From Verrucomicrobiia bacterium (GTDB lineage Bacteria; Patescibacteriota; Saccharimonadia; Saccharimonadales; JAGQNK01), in assembly GCA_035489575.1 (NCBI GenBank), contig DATHJY010000013.1:91346-155345 (forward strand): a DNA stretch of 64,000 nucleotides, in the 5' to 3' direction. The notes beneath the pieces are model-generated. The model saw only the letters and a program-made list of their open reading frames with translations. It was not told the origin of the DNA and did no database searches. A program made the translations under genes and the position numbers. Of this stretch, positions 43,270 through 51,991 are shown piece after piece; the first letter of the stretch is position 1, and the number at the start of each line of letters is the position of its first letter.

Positions 43270-44655
43270 ATGCGTCTGCGCCTTATCGCTAAGAATCGTA
43301 AGTTTGTGCTGATTTTCGGCGCTTTTTTGGCGTACTTTGTACTTATTAATGTGGTGGCCTATCTGTTTTTTAACGCCCGAGCCTTTCCACGCACGACTAT
43401 TGACGGACAGAAGGTGGGCGGCAAATCTTTCTCGCAGATAGAGAAAACGCTGCAGGCCAAGACCTTAGGACATGACACCCTGACCCTCAATCACCAGGAC
43501 AAGCACGAGCAACTGCCCCTGAAAAGTATCGACGCCAAGGTGGACGCCCCCGCTACCATTGCACGGCTCAAGTCAGAGCGAAGCTGGCTACCCATTAGTA
43601 ATGTGCTGAAAAAACATACGCTAGAGACTTCGGTATCCATGGATTCCGCAAAAGTAGAAGCCGAGGCAAACCGCTTGGCCACCGCCTTTTCTAGGCCGGT
43701 TACAGATGCCAAGATTGTCCTGCAAAACAACATATTTACCCTGGTGCCAGCCCAAGATGGAGTAACTGCCCAGAAAGACACCATAAAGCAAGCCCTGACC
43801 CACGCGCTGCAAAACGGCCAGCAGAACGTCACGCTGCAGTTGCGCACAGTCGAACCCCAGAAGAAGACCAAAGACCTCGAGCCAGCCCAGCAGAGCCTGC
43901 AGAAGCAGCAAAATACCAGTATCACCATAACCTATCAGCAAAAATCTCACACGGTCACGCCTCCAGACATTGGTGGGTGGTACAGCCCCCAGGGTGATGC
44001 CTTTACACTCAACCGGGACCTCGTGAAAGCCTACATCCAAAAACGTGGAGCGGCTTGGGGTATTGTGGTGGACAACAGCGACGCCGCCGCCGATCAGGTG
44101 TCCAAGGCGATCGCCGCCGGCCAGAAGGTCAGTGTGGGCCTGGTTGCCCGCAAGGCCGCCAGGCACTATACCTACTGCGTGGCAACACGAGGTGTCGACA
44201 ATGCCTACTTGGGTGAGTTTGGGAGCAAGTTTGCTGCCACCCTGGCCGATGCCCGCGGCTGGTCAGTGGGTGGGCTGGTGACGTTCTCGCAAGCTAGCAG
44301 CGGCTGTAACTTTACCGCCTGGCTGACTGCGCCCGACCAGATGCCGAGCTTTGGCGCTATCTGTGATGCTATGTGGAGCTGCCGGGTAGGCAGCAACGTA
44401 GTGATCAACTTTGACCGCTGGCGCTTTGCCTCGCCAGCCTGGAACGCCTCGGGGGGTAGCCTGGAAGACTACCGATTTATGGTAATAAACCACGAGACCG
44501 GACACTGGTTTGGTTTTGACCACAGTAACTGTGGCGGAGCAGGGCAGGCCGCCCCTGTCATGCAACAACAGTCAATCGCACTCAATGGCTGCGTGTTTAA
44601 CCCATGGCCGTTGCCGGGCGAAACGGCAGCCCTCAAGCAAAGATTGGGCATATAG
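43270..44655 (+). CDS. N-terminally anchored putative zinc metallopeptidase (DUF3152-like C-terminal domain, HExxH)
   Basis: TM helix FVLIFGAFLAYFVLINVVAYLFF. The C-terminal domain reads YTYCVATRG...DARGWSVGG...SCRVGSNVVINFDRW...YRFMVINHETGHWFGFDHSNCGGAGQAAPVMQQQ. Confidence 0.5.
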   Translation: MRLRLIAKNRKFVLIFGAFLAYFVLINVVAYLFFNARAFPRTTIDGQKVGGKSFSQIEKTLQAKTLGHDTLTLNHQDKHEQLPLKSIDAKVDAPATIARLKSERSWLPISNVLKKHTLETSVSMDSAKVEAEANRLATAFSRPVTDAKIVLQNNIFTLVPAQDGVTAQKDTIKQALTHALQNGQQNVTLQLRTVEPQKKTKDLEPAQQSLQKQQNTSITITYQQKSHTVTPPDIGGWYSPQGDAFTLNRDLVKAYIQKRGAAWGIVVDNSDAAADQVSKAIAAGQKVSVGLVARKAARHYTYCVATRGVDNAYLGEFGSKFAATLADARGWSVGGLVTFSQASSGCNFTAWLTAPDQMPSFGAICDAMWSCRVGSNVVINFDRWRFASPAWNASGGSLEDYRFMVINHETGHWFGFDHSNCGGAGQAAPVMQQQSIALNGCVFNPWPLPGETAALKQRLGI

Positions 44656-44711
44656 GGGTACAATGCCGTTAAACAACCATGCTTATGGTAAAGTCAAGAT
44701 ATATAATTGAC

Positions 44712-45350
44712 ATGAAACAATCACACAAAAAACATCCTGGCAAAAAACACAGCTCGGCTAAAAAGCCCAAGCGCTGGATGCGTGCCGTTGGTGGGTACAG
44801 TTCTATGGCGTATGTCGGCCGAATTGTAGTAAGCCTGGGACTTATTGGCATCGGTGCTGGCCTGGTAACGTTGTTTCAGCCCCATGCCAGCCTGCGAAAC
44901 CCCCTAGATTCGATCAGCCATACCTCTAATGCACCTGACACGTCGGAGCTATTGCAGCTGGTCAACGCTGCCCGGACCGAAATACATGTGCCTAACGTTA
45001 CCCTGGACCCCCAACTGACTGCCGTTGCCGAAGAACGCCTGAAGGACATGGTGCAGCACCAATACTACTCACATCAGAGCCTGAAAGGTCAGTACTACTA
45101 CGATCTGTTCGCTGGCCATGGCTTTAAGACAAGCTACAGTTGCGAGAACCTGGGCATTGCCCCAACCCTCGTAGCCAAAAAATATGTCGATGATTGGCTG
45201 ACAAGCAACGAAGGTCACAAAGACTGCATGCTTACCAACAGGGTATCCAAAGTAGGCATTGCCACGGCAGAGTTTAGCAAGTCCAGTAATGCCGAGACAA
45301 CCTACCTAGTGGTGAGCATCTACTCAACCGCGCCCACAGCCACCAAATAA
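44712..45350 (+). CDS. CAP/SCP (YkwD-like) domain protein, N-terminally anchored
   Basis: Frame of ORF 44679..45350; ATG 44712. It has a basic N-terminus plus a TM helix. The CAP region reads LLQLVNAARTE...LDPQLTAVAEERLKDMVQHQYYSH...CENLG...WLTSNEGHKDCML...VGIA. Confidence 0.6.
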   Translation: MKQSHKKHPGKKHSSAKKPKRWMRAVGGYSSMAYVGRIVVSLGLIGIGAGLVTLFQPHASLRNPLDSISHTSNAPDTSELLQLVNAARTEIHVPNVTLDPQLTAVAEERLKDMVQHQYYSHQSLKGQYYYDLFAGHGFKTSYSCENLGIAPTLVAKKYVDDWLTSNEGHKDCMLTNRVSKVGIATAEFSKSSNAETTYLVVSIYSTAPTATK

Positions 45351-45813
45351 CGCCTGTTGTACATTTGATACTTGCGGTACCTCGTAACGGTCATGCTAAA
45401 ATTTAGGAGGTCATGGAGGTATGGGAGACCATCTACTTTCAGACTTTTATATACATCTTGGCACGCACACCTTGGTCCCTGCGAGCCTACATATCATCAC
45501 AGGCATCTGTTTACGGACAACCGACCGGACGGTTCGGGAACTCCTACCAGACACCTTTTGTTCTAAAGCCGTCTGCGAGCATCTATAAAGACTGTTTCGC
45601 CTAGTTTCTTTTACCTTTATAAAAACATAGAAGTTACACACTTGAGCATCCAGTGCATTTTCTTCTCGCGGAACAGACCGAGCCGTATCTGAATACGGTG
45701 AAGGGAGTACCGCAGAGAAAAAATGTGCTGGGTGCCAAGAGCATTAGCAGAGTTTCTGGCTCTGCCAGGAAGTCGGCTAATGTGATGTGTAAGTTTCTGA
45801 AGGAGCCAATGAT

Positions 45814-46065
45814 ATGTACGCACTAAACCAAGTAGTCAACGTAAACGCCTTTTACTTCCTAAACGGCAGAGGGCTAAAGTCCTTTCCAAAAGAGATCGAG
45901 TTCGGCAACACCCGCTGCACATTCAGCGACGGTTTGCAGTACCTGGTACGCAAAGGCCAGCACGTCATAAGACTGTTTGACATGACAGACGGACGCACCA
46001 CCTACCGCCTACGCCTAGAGGATGACACCTGGACTCTCGTAGGCACCCGCAGCACCGAGCGGTAG
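45814..46065 (+). CDS. Small hypothetical protein (83 aa)
   Basis: GAAGGAG lies 7 nt upstream of the ATG. A strong terminator follows. No family recognised. Confidence 0.5.
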   Translation: MYALNQVVNVNAFYFLNGRGLKSFPKEIEFGNTRCTFSDGLQYLVRKGQHVIRLFDMTDGRTTYRLRLEDDTWTLVGTRSTER

Positions 46066-46083
46066 GGTACCGCAGGTCTTCCT

Positions 46084-46118
46084 AAGAATCGCCACTTTCG
46101 AAAAGGCGATTCTTTTCG
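46084..46118 (+). terminator. Rho-independent terminator
   Basis: AAGAATCGCC-actttcgaaaa-GGCGATTCTT followed by TTCGT. Confidence 0.6.
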
Positions 46119-46233
46119 TATCAATTATTAATAAAACATTAAGCCAGAATCATTTCACAAACACAACCAATATGTTCCCTAATCCGTCCCCGTTATGATG
46201 CCGATACCAACTAATACGGAAGGCGTGTGAGCA

Positions 46234-47226
46234 ATGTCTCAGACAAACTTGGGGGCCGCATTACACAAAAACGGATGGATAAAACAAAATAAACTCAGGG
46301 TAATCTCGGCACTGTTCTTGCTAGCTATGATCTTTTCGGTCAGCTTGCCAGTAGTGGCAGGCGCTCAGCCACAAGGACGCAGACGCCACACCAACAGAGA
46401 TCGACGAGTATCACACTCCGAGGTACAAGAAACATTGCAGGACATTCCAGGCGTAATGGAGAGTTCAGATCAAACGGTTGCACAAAGCGACGCAGACTCA
46501 GCAGCCACCAGTACCACAAATGGCACAGTGGTAGACGTGCCAAAAGACGCCAAAAAGGGCGTTACCTTTGGTGCAGAAGGTGGACCAAAGCTAGACATTC
46601 AACTGCCTAACGCCACTGAAGCCAGCGAAGGCACACAGGTAGCAGCCGGAACCGTCGCCTACGAATCAGGCAATGGCTCAGCCAACGCCGTCCAAGCCAC
46701 AGAAGATGGCGGCGTCCGCATGCTGACCATCATCGACAACCCAAGCGCCCCTACGGCATACGACTACAAAGTAACCGTGCCAAATGGTGGCCGAATCGAA
46801 CTAACCCCAGATGGTGGAGCAATTGTGTTGGCGGCGGAGTCGAGCGAGCCAATTGCTTCCGTAGCAGCCCCTTGGGCTAAAGACGCCGAAGACAAAACAA
46901 TACAGACCTGGTTCACCACAGACGGACAGACTCTGACTCAACACGTGCAGCACAATATTCCAGGGGTGGTTTATCCGGTGGTGGCGGATCCATCAGTTTC
47001 TTGGGGGTGGACTGGCTACAACGTTTACTTTTCAAAGGGTGAAACTAATGCGATGGCGTGGATTACGGGCGCTGCCGCCTCAATGGCCACGGGTAAACTA
47101 TTAGGACTTGTATCTTTCGGGATAGTTCCGGCTGCTCAATGGGCAACTAGAAATGGCTACTGCGTTGCCGTCTTTCGCTCCTACAATCCTAATTCAGTGA
47201 TGGTACCGTGGCCTTATCGATGCTAA
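46234..47226 (+). CDS. Secreted hypothetical protein (330 aa) with a Gly/Ala-rich hydrophobic C-terminal segment
   Basis: Signal-anchor VISALFLLAMIFSVSLPVVAGAQP. C-terminus ...AWITGAAASMATGKLLGLVSFGIVPAAQWATRNGYCVAVF. Confidence 0.5.
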   Translation: MSQTNLGAALHKNGWIKQNKLRVISALFLLAMIFSVSLPVVAGAQPQGRRRHTNRDRRVSHSEVQETLQDIPGVMESSDQTVAQSDADSAATSTTNGTVVDVPKDAKKGVTFGAEGGPKLDIQLPNATEASEGTQVAAGTVAYESGNGSANAVQATEDGGVRMLTIIDNPSAPTAYDYKVTVPNGGRIELTPDGGAIVLAAESSEPIASVAAPWAKDAEDKTIQTWFTTDGQTLTQHVQHNIPGVVYPVVADPSVSWGWTGYNVYFSKGETNAMAWITGAAASMATGKLLGLVSFGIVPAAQWATRNGYCVAVFRSYNPNSVMVPWPYRC

Positions 47227-47453
47227 TCTCTAAGATAGCAAATAAGAATGGGAAAACAGTGAAACAAGAATCAGAGTCAAGAAAAAATTCATGGCAGTGG
47301 TCAAATTGGGACTATTTGCGACTGGTTTTTCTTTTAGCGCTCACCATATACGCCTTTTCAAGGTCAGCTACGCCAAGCCTGGGGCTTTACTTTCTCATGA
47401 TTGCACTGGTTGCATTATCACGCATCGTAGAGCAATTAATCAAAAAGAAGTAG
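47220..47453 (+). CDS. Small 2-TM membrane protein (77 aa)
   Basis: Frame of ORF 47208..47453. ATG 47220 overlaps the upstream stop. TM helices are LRLVFLLALTIYAF and LGLYFLMIALVALSRIV. Confidence 0.4.
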   Translation: MLISKIANKNGKTVKQESESRKNSWQWSNWDYLRLVFLLALTIYAFSRSATPSLGLYFLMIALVALSRIVEQLIKKK

Positions 47454-47454
47454 T

Positions 47455-47601
47455 GTGAATCTAAGCAAAAGATGGCTCGCTGTAGTTGTTGTAGGTTTGC
47501 TTGCTTTGAATATAGTAAGCTTCACACAAAACTGGCGCTGGGTTATGGCAACGATACCGCTTGCAGTACTTTGCGTAACCGTCAGCAGGAGTAAACCATG
47601 A
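47455..47601 (+). CDS. Small 2-TM membrane protein (48 aa)
   Basis: My translation from GTG 47455: MNLSKRWLAVVVVGLLALNIVSFTQNWRWVMATIPLAVLCVTVSRSKP. Its TGA overlaps the next ATG (ATGA). Confidence 0.3.
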   Translation: MNLSKRWLAVVVVGLLALNIVSFTQNWRWVMATIPLAVLCVTVSRSKP

Positions 47602-47774
47602 AGCTTGCGCCCATGATTGCAACAATTGCTTTCCTGTTTCTTCTTGGGTTAATCACTAGCGATGAACAGAGCACCTTGATGGACTTGGGCCGTGCCGTGT
47701 TTATGGGAGTAATATTAAGTGTGGCGTTTCTTGACAGACGAAAGCCTAGTAAATTTCTTAAGAGGAAAAATTGA
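47598..47774 (+). CDS. Small 2-TM membrane protein (58 aa)
   Basis: My translation: MKLAPMIATIAFLFLLGLITSDEQSTLMDLGRAVFMGVILSVAFLDRRKPSKFLKRKN. Its TGA shares one nt with the SPFH ATG (TGATG). Confidence 0.35.
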   Translation: MKLAPMIATIAFLFLLGLITSDEQSTLMDLGRAVFMGVILSVAFLDRRKPSKFLKRKN

Positions 47775-48559
47775 TGACAAAGATTGCAAATCCTATTCAG
47801 TTAAATGTGACTAGACCAACGATACCACCGATAGCATGGAAGCTTGCCATACCCATAATTCTTTTGGTTCTGCTGCCACTGATGTGCGTCCGAACTATTG
47901 ACGCAGGACAAGTGGGGGTGGTAACTCGTTACGGTGAAGTAAACAGAGAGACTCAGAGTGGATTGGCCCTTAAACTCCCATGGCCTGTCGAGAAGCTGTA
48001 CCGTATGGATACACGTCTACAGAAGCAGCAAGAAGAAGCAGAGGCAGCCAGTTCCGACCTACAGGTCGTTAGCGCTACCCTAGCCGTCAACTATGCCCTG
48101 AACCGCGAAAAGGCCACGAACGTTTACAAGGAGATTGGCGCGCAGTACAGAGATCGTGTCATCGTGCCCGCCGTGCAAGAATCTTTCAAAGCGGCCACCG
48201 CGCAGTACACAGCCTCGGAGTTGCTTACCAAGCGGCCCGAAGTAAAACAAAAAGCTCTAGAGAGCATAAAAGCACGGGTTGAGCCCTACGGGATACGAAT
48301 CGAGGATATCAGCATAGTGAACTTTAGTTTTAGTAGCGACTTCAGCAAATCTATTGAAGCAAAGCAAGTAGCAGCCCAGGAAGCAGAGCGAGCAAAATTT
48401 AACCTAGATCGTGCCAAGCTAGACGCCGAAGCACAAAACGTACAGAAGCTGTCTCTGAGCCAGGAGTTCCTACAAAAGCTGGCAATTGATAAGTGGGATG
48501 GCAAGTTGCCGCAGTACATGGGTGGCGGCGATTCGGTGTTCAATATACCATTGCGCTAA
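47774..48559 (+). CDS. SPFH/Band-7 (prohibitin/HflC-like) protein
   Basis: The TM helix is followed by IDAGQVGVVTRYGEV...LKLPWPVEKLYRMDTRLQ...SSDLQVVSATLAVNYAL...VIVPAVQESFKAATAQYTASELLTKR...GIRIEDISIVNFSFS..FSKSIEAKQVAAQEAERAK. Confidence 0.8.
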   Translation: MTKIANPIQLNVTRPTIPPIAWKLAIPIILLVLLPLMCVRTIDAGQVGVVTRYGEVNRETQSGLALKLPWPVEKLYRMDTRLQKQQEEAEAASSDLQVVSATLAVNYALNREKATNVYKEIGAQYRDRVIVPAVQESFKAATAQYTASELLTKRPEVKQKALESIKARVEPYGIRIEDISIVNFSFSSDFSKSIEAKQVAAQEAERAKFNLDRAKLDAEAQNVQKLSLSQEFLQKLAIDKWDGKLPQYMGGGDSVFNIPLR

Positions 48560-48572
48560 TTGCGACAAGGTT

Positions 48573-48680
48573 TTAGTAAATGATTTCGCCGGTGACCCGG
48601 GTGCGTTGCACGAAGAGACGCATGAGCACTGCGTATATGTGCCAGATGATCAGCCAACCACGATGTCGTGTTTGATACCG
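48573..48680 (-). pseudogene. Orphan 3-prime fragment, paralogous to the C-terminus of gene 51185..51859
   Basis: The minus-strand reading after an in-frame TAG is RYQTRHRGWLIIWHIYAVLMRLFVQRTRVTGEIIY*. The intact gene reads ...IGGWMIIWHIYAVLMRLFVQRTRVTGEIIY*. Positions 48573-48655 are about 91% identical to 51185-51267. Confidence 0.55.
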
Positions 48681-48778
48681 CTAGCTTTGTGTCTAGCCCA
48701 CTTGAGCGTCGGGACATGTCAAAATCGTAGGGCTATGGTACGTGCGGACTGGGATCCTGGGTTATAATAGATCGATAT

Positions 48779-49156
48779 ATGATCACAAGAAGTGCTAGTG
48801 TGTATGGGGTTTACCTTGACGCTAAAGGCAGAGTGCTGCTTATCCAAGATGCTAGTTCGGGCCTGTGGGGTTTTCCCGGGGGCAGGATTGAGGAGAGAGA
48901 GACTCGGAGGGTCGCCTTGGGGCGCGAGTTCTTAGAAGAGACCGGTACAAAAATACAGGGCAGCGTAACGTACATTACCCAGCAGAATGATGCGCTAAAA
49001 CAAAGGTACTTCTACAAGATACAGACAGTGGAAGGCCAGTTGAGTAGACAAGGCAATGGTGTTGATGTTGCACGTGGCGCCTACTTTGCTGTTACAAAGT
49101 TGCCCGTAGACAATCTGGCTCCCGGCGTAGAAAATATCATCAAACGCATTCACTGA
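48779..49156 (+). CDS. NUDIX hydrolase
   Basis: Nudix box: GFPGGRIEERETRRVALGREFLEETG. TATAAT (48763-48768) lies 10 nt upstream of the ATG. Confidence 0.75.
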   Translation: MITRSASVYGVYLDAKGRVLLIQDASSGLWGFPGGRIEERETRRVALGREFLEETGTKIQGSVTYITQQNDALKQRYFYKIQTVEGQLSRQGNGVDVARGAYFAVTKLPVDNLAPGVENIIKRIH

Positions 49157-49193
49157 TCTACGATCTTATGTATGTCTCATTGAGAGGCTGGGC

Positions 49194-51188
49194 ATGGATA
49201 GAACACCTGAAAAAATATCAATTGTAGAAGAGCCCCGCTTACTGGCACCGCTGACAGCCGCTGAGGCTGCCCAGGTCGTAGGGCAAGTCGCCATAGGCAG
49301 TGATGTTGCACTGCCGCCCATAGTCTGTAGTCACGCACCAAGCCCAGAGGCGGCAATACATGCCGTCACCCTGGACTTCCCCGACATGCCAGACGTACGC
49401 ATAGACCAATTACTTGCGGAAAGAATACCCGCCACAACAATCCGCCCTCGACTTGTCCTGCCCGAGGAGGTAAGTGCGCCAGAGGCCTATAACCGCTTTC
49501 GGGGGCAGGAATACAAAGAGCAATACCGAGGAGCGTTACGGAAAACTTTGCTTGAGGCATGGCAAACGGAGTATGGGGCCGAAGAAGGTGCAGAAATCCT
49601 TGAACGTTTTGACCAATTATCTGCCATTATTCAAGAGGACGGCGCCGTGGTATTTGGCGACTTGATTGATCGTGAACATTTTGGTCAGCTGGTGGGCGAC
49701 TATGATGAACTAATGCAAAGAGATGGTAGTCAGAGCCTCCTGCATAGTTATGCCAACCTGCGCAATCAACCAGACTTTCTTGCCAATAAAGGGTTTAGTG
49801 GCGCATTTTTCCACCCCTTAGCTCTTGCCCTCATATCTGAGAGGGTTGGCGGAGCCGTGCGTGTAGTGGATGCGCGGGCAAAAGATACGGGACCTATTAG
49901 TGCACGGGCGCAAGACAACATGCTACATATCGACAATACCCCTTACAGAGATGAGTATAAAGTACTGGTTACCTGGGAAAAAGGGAAGGCCAGTGGGCCA
50001 AAAGGACAGAATTTCGTGTTTTTGCCCGGTACGCATATAGGGGTAAGGGATAGCCTAACGGGTCCTGGGGGCGAAGTTTTCTCTACGGAGAACGCCTCAA
50101 TTTTTATTAACCCAGAGGACGTAGACCAGGTTTTTGCTCTGCAGCGGCAGGTGCGTTCGGGCGATAACGCAGTTGTGGAAATATATGATGAAGAGAGGCC
50201 ACTTACTACTGTGTTCCCCTCCGGCTCTGTGGTCCATCATCGCTTAAGGACAGAGGAAGGACATGCCAGGAGTAGTCTAATCATAGCTTTTCACCGAACA
50301 GGAGATGCCCCAGGCGAATTTATCGGTAGCTACCCACAGGCTGACAGCAACACATTGGAGCAAGCGCTCTTCGGATTTCAGGACGCTAATTCAGATGCAG
50401 ATTTTTGCCAAATGTTGGCTAGTTACGCCTCTGACATCGCAGAAAAGGTAGAAGAAGTCTTTGTGGCAAATGACGGAACTGTCCGTATTGACACGCAGGC
50501 AAAAACCCTTACGTCAGAGGATATGCGCCGGTGGTATGAAATTGCCACAGAAGCGCCCACTGTAGAAACAATCAAACAGCAAGCCGGATACTTTCCTCTT
50601 GGGGAAACACTTGGCTTTGATGATTTTATTGAGCTGCTCGGTTCTCAAATGATGCTCCATGACAAACATGGGCCCATTGATATGATTTTATACGCCGACG
50701 GCCACGAAGAGCCTAGGAAATGGGCACGTAATCGGATTCGTGAGATGCGGGTGGACGTGCTGCAGGAGCGACTCAACACGTGGAGTGATCAGATCAGCCT
50801 CCCCACGTCTGACGACCTCCTTACACCTGATGCTATGCGCGAAATCACTACACGCCTCTTAGAAATCGCCGGATCCATATCGCTGAAAGAACGCCAAAAT
50901 GGCTATCTTGATCCCATCGAAAGAATATCACCACAAGAGGCCTACCGTTCTGTAGAGCAACTCATTGTAGATCTAGGCGAAAACCTCACTCGGGCGGATG
51001 AGAGACAAACCTACCTCTCTGCATCTCTGTTCCAATTTTGGGCGTGTGATGAACTCAATAGACTACAGGGTAACCACAATCCGATACTAAGAGAAATCGG
51101 TGGCAAGTTGGTCAGGAACTACATTGCTACAGCCATCCTCATAGAAAAACAAATTAATCGAGCACCGAACAACAGAGCCCCATTCTAG
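49194..51188 (+). CDS. Large protein (664 aa) with a central PhyH-like Fe(II)/2-oxoglutarate dioxygenase-type core
   Basis: NMLHIDNTPYRDEYKVLVTWEKGKASGPKGQNFVFLPGTH gives the HxD and ..PGxH pattern. Later, GSVVHHRLRTEEGHARSSLIIAFH could supply the distal His and Arg. The long N- and C-terminal extensions are unassigned. Confidence 0.4.
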   Translation: MDRTPEKISIVEEPRLLAPLTAAEAAQVVGQVAIGSDVALPPIVCSHAPSPEAAIHAVTLDFPDMPDVRIDQLLAERIPATTIRPRLVLPEEVSAPEAYNRFRGQEYKEQYRGALRKTLLEAWQTEYGAEEGAEILERFDQLSAIIQEDGAVVFGDLIDREHFGQLVGDYDELMQRDGSQSLLHSYANLRNQPDFLANKGFSGAFFHPLALALISERVGGAVRVVDARAKDTGPISARAQDNMLHIDNTPYRDEYKVLVTWEKGKASGPKGQNFVFLPGTHIGVRDSLTGPGGEVFSTENASIFINPEDVDQVFALQRQVRSGDNAVVEIYDEERPLTTVFPSGSVVHHRLRTEEGHARSSLIIAFHRTGDAPGEFIGSYPQADSNTLEQALFGFQDANSDADFCQMLASYASDIAEKVEEVFVANDGTVRIDTQAKTLTSEDMRRWYEIATEAPTVETIKQQAGYFPLGETLGFDDFIELLGSQMMLHDKHGPIDMILYADGHEEPRKWARNRIREMRVDVLQERLNTWSDQISLPTSDDLLTPDAMREITTRLLEIAGSISLKERQNGYLDPIERISPQEAYRSVEQLIVDLGENLTRADERQTYLSASLFQFWACDELNRLQGNHNPILREIGGKLVRNYIATAILIEKQINRAPNNRAPF

Positions 51189-51859
51189 TAGATGATTTCG
51201 CCGGTGACTCGGGTGCGCTGGACGAAGAGGCGCATGAGCACTGCGTATATGTGCCAGATGATCATCCAGCCGCCTATGGCGATTCCAAAATGTTTGAGCG
51301 CTTGCGTGCCCTCTGCCGAGCGCAGTACCAATACATCCTGACCAAACAGGCGACCCATATAGGGCAACGCCAGAGCCGTAAAGGTGATAACCAGCATTCC
51401 GATGAAAAAGCGCCAGAGCAGCCTAACCACCAACAACCGCCGCAAGGGGTGTTGGACCAGCTGATTTTTTTGGCCGGGCATAGTTACCTCTTTAGCGGAC
51501 TGCCGTACTTCTTTGATAGTAGTGATAGAGAAGTCCAGGACACTGTAGATGACCCAGCCCACAAAGCCCCAGAGCAGTGCAGTGGTCAGGGTACTGAGCG
51601 TGTCGTTTCGAAAGGCGTCGTTCACGGGCTGCAAAAAACTGGTGTCGTAGGTGTTTACTAGTTGGCTGTCTACGCCGCTATTAAAGAAGTGGGGAAGTAC
51701 CAAGTCAGGGTTCATGCTCAGAAAGAGCAGGTGAATACCAATAACCAACAGCGACAGCATGAGATACCCGACCAGACCCGCAATAGAGGGGAATATGACA
51801 CGGATCCAGAGCCGCCAACCGGAGCCTTGATGGTGTGTTACTTGTATGTTTTCGCTCAA
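51185..51859 (-). CDS. Polytopic membrane protein (224 aa)
   Basis: Hydrophobic helices include IRVIFPSIAGLVGYLMLSLLVIGIHLLFL, TTALLWGFVGWVIYSVL, LLWRFFIGMLVITFTALAL and IAIGGWMIIWHIYAVLM. It converges on the previous gene with a 4-nt overlap (CTAG). Confidence 0.55.
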   Translation of the reverse strand: MSENIQVTHHQGSGWRLWIRVIFPSIAGLVGYLMLSLLVIGIHLLFLSMNPDLVLPHFFNSGVDSQLVNTYDTSFLQPVNDAFRNDTLSTLTTALLWGFVGWVIYSVLDFSITTIKEVRQSAKEVTMPGQKNQLVQHPLRRLLVVRLLWRFFIGMLVITFTALALPYMGRLFGQDVLVLRSAEGTQALKHFGIAIGGWMIIWHIYAVLMRLFVQRTRVTGEIIY

Positions 51860-51991
51860 CGGAGGTCCTTTGCTTAGGTAGGCTCTTGATAGCAGGGTAA
51901 TACAAAATTCGCCTTTTAGCCAGATAGTTGATGCAGTCCCAGGGAGGGCCTCTCAGATACATCTCAGCTATAAACAGGTACAATCTATCCT

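Noticed and set aside
45655-45720. Glycine riboswitch (GAAGGGAG junction next to a hairpin)
   Set aside because: The 5-prime GGAGAG core, the P3 arm and the CUCAGGCAAAAGGAC segment are missing. It is reported only as an unclassified structured leader.
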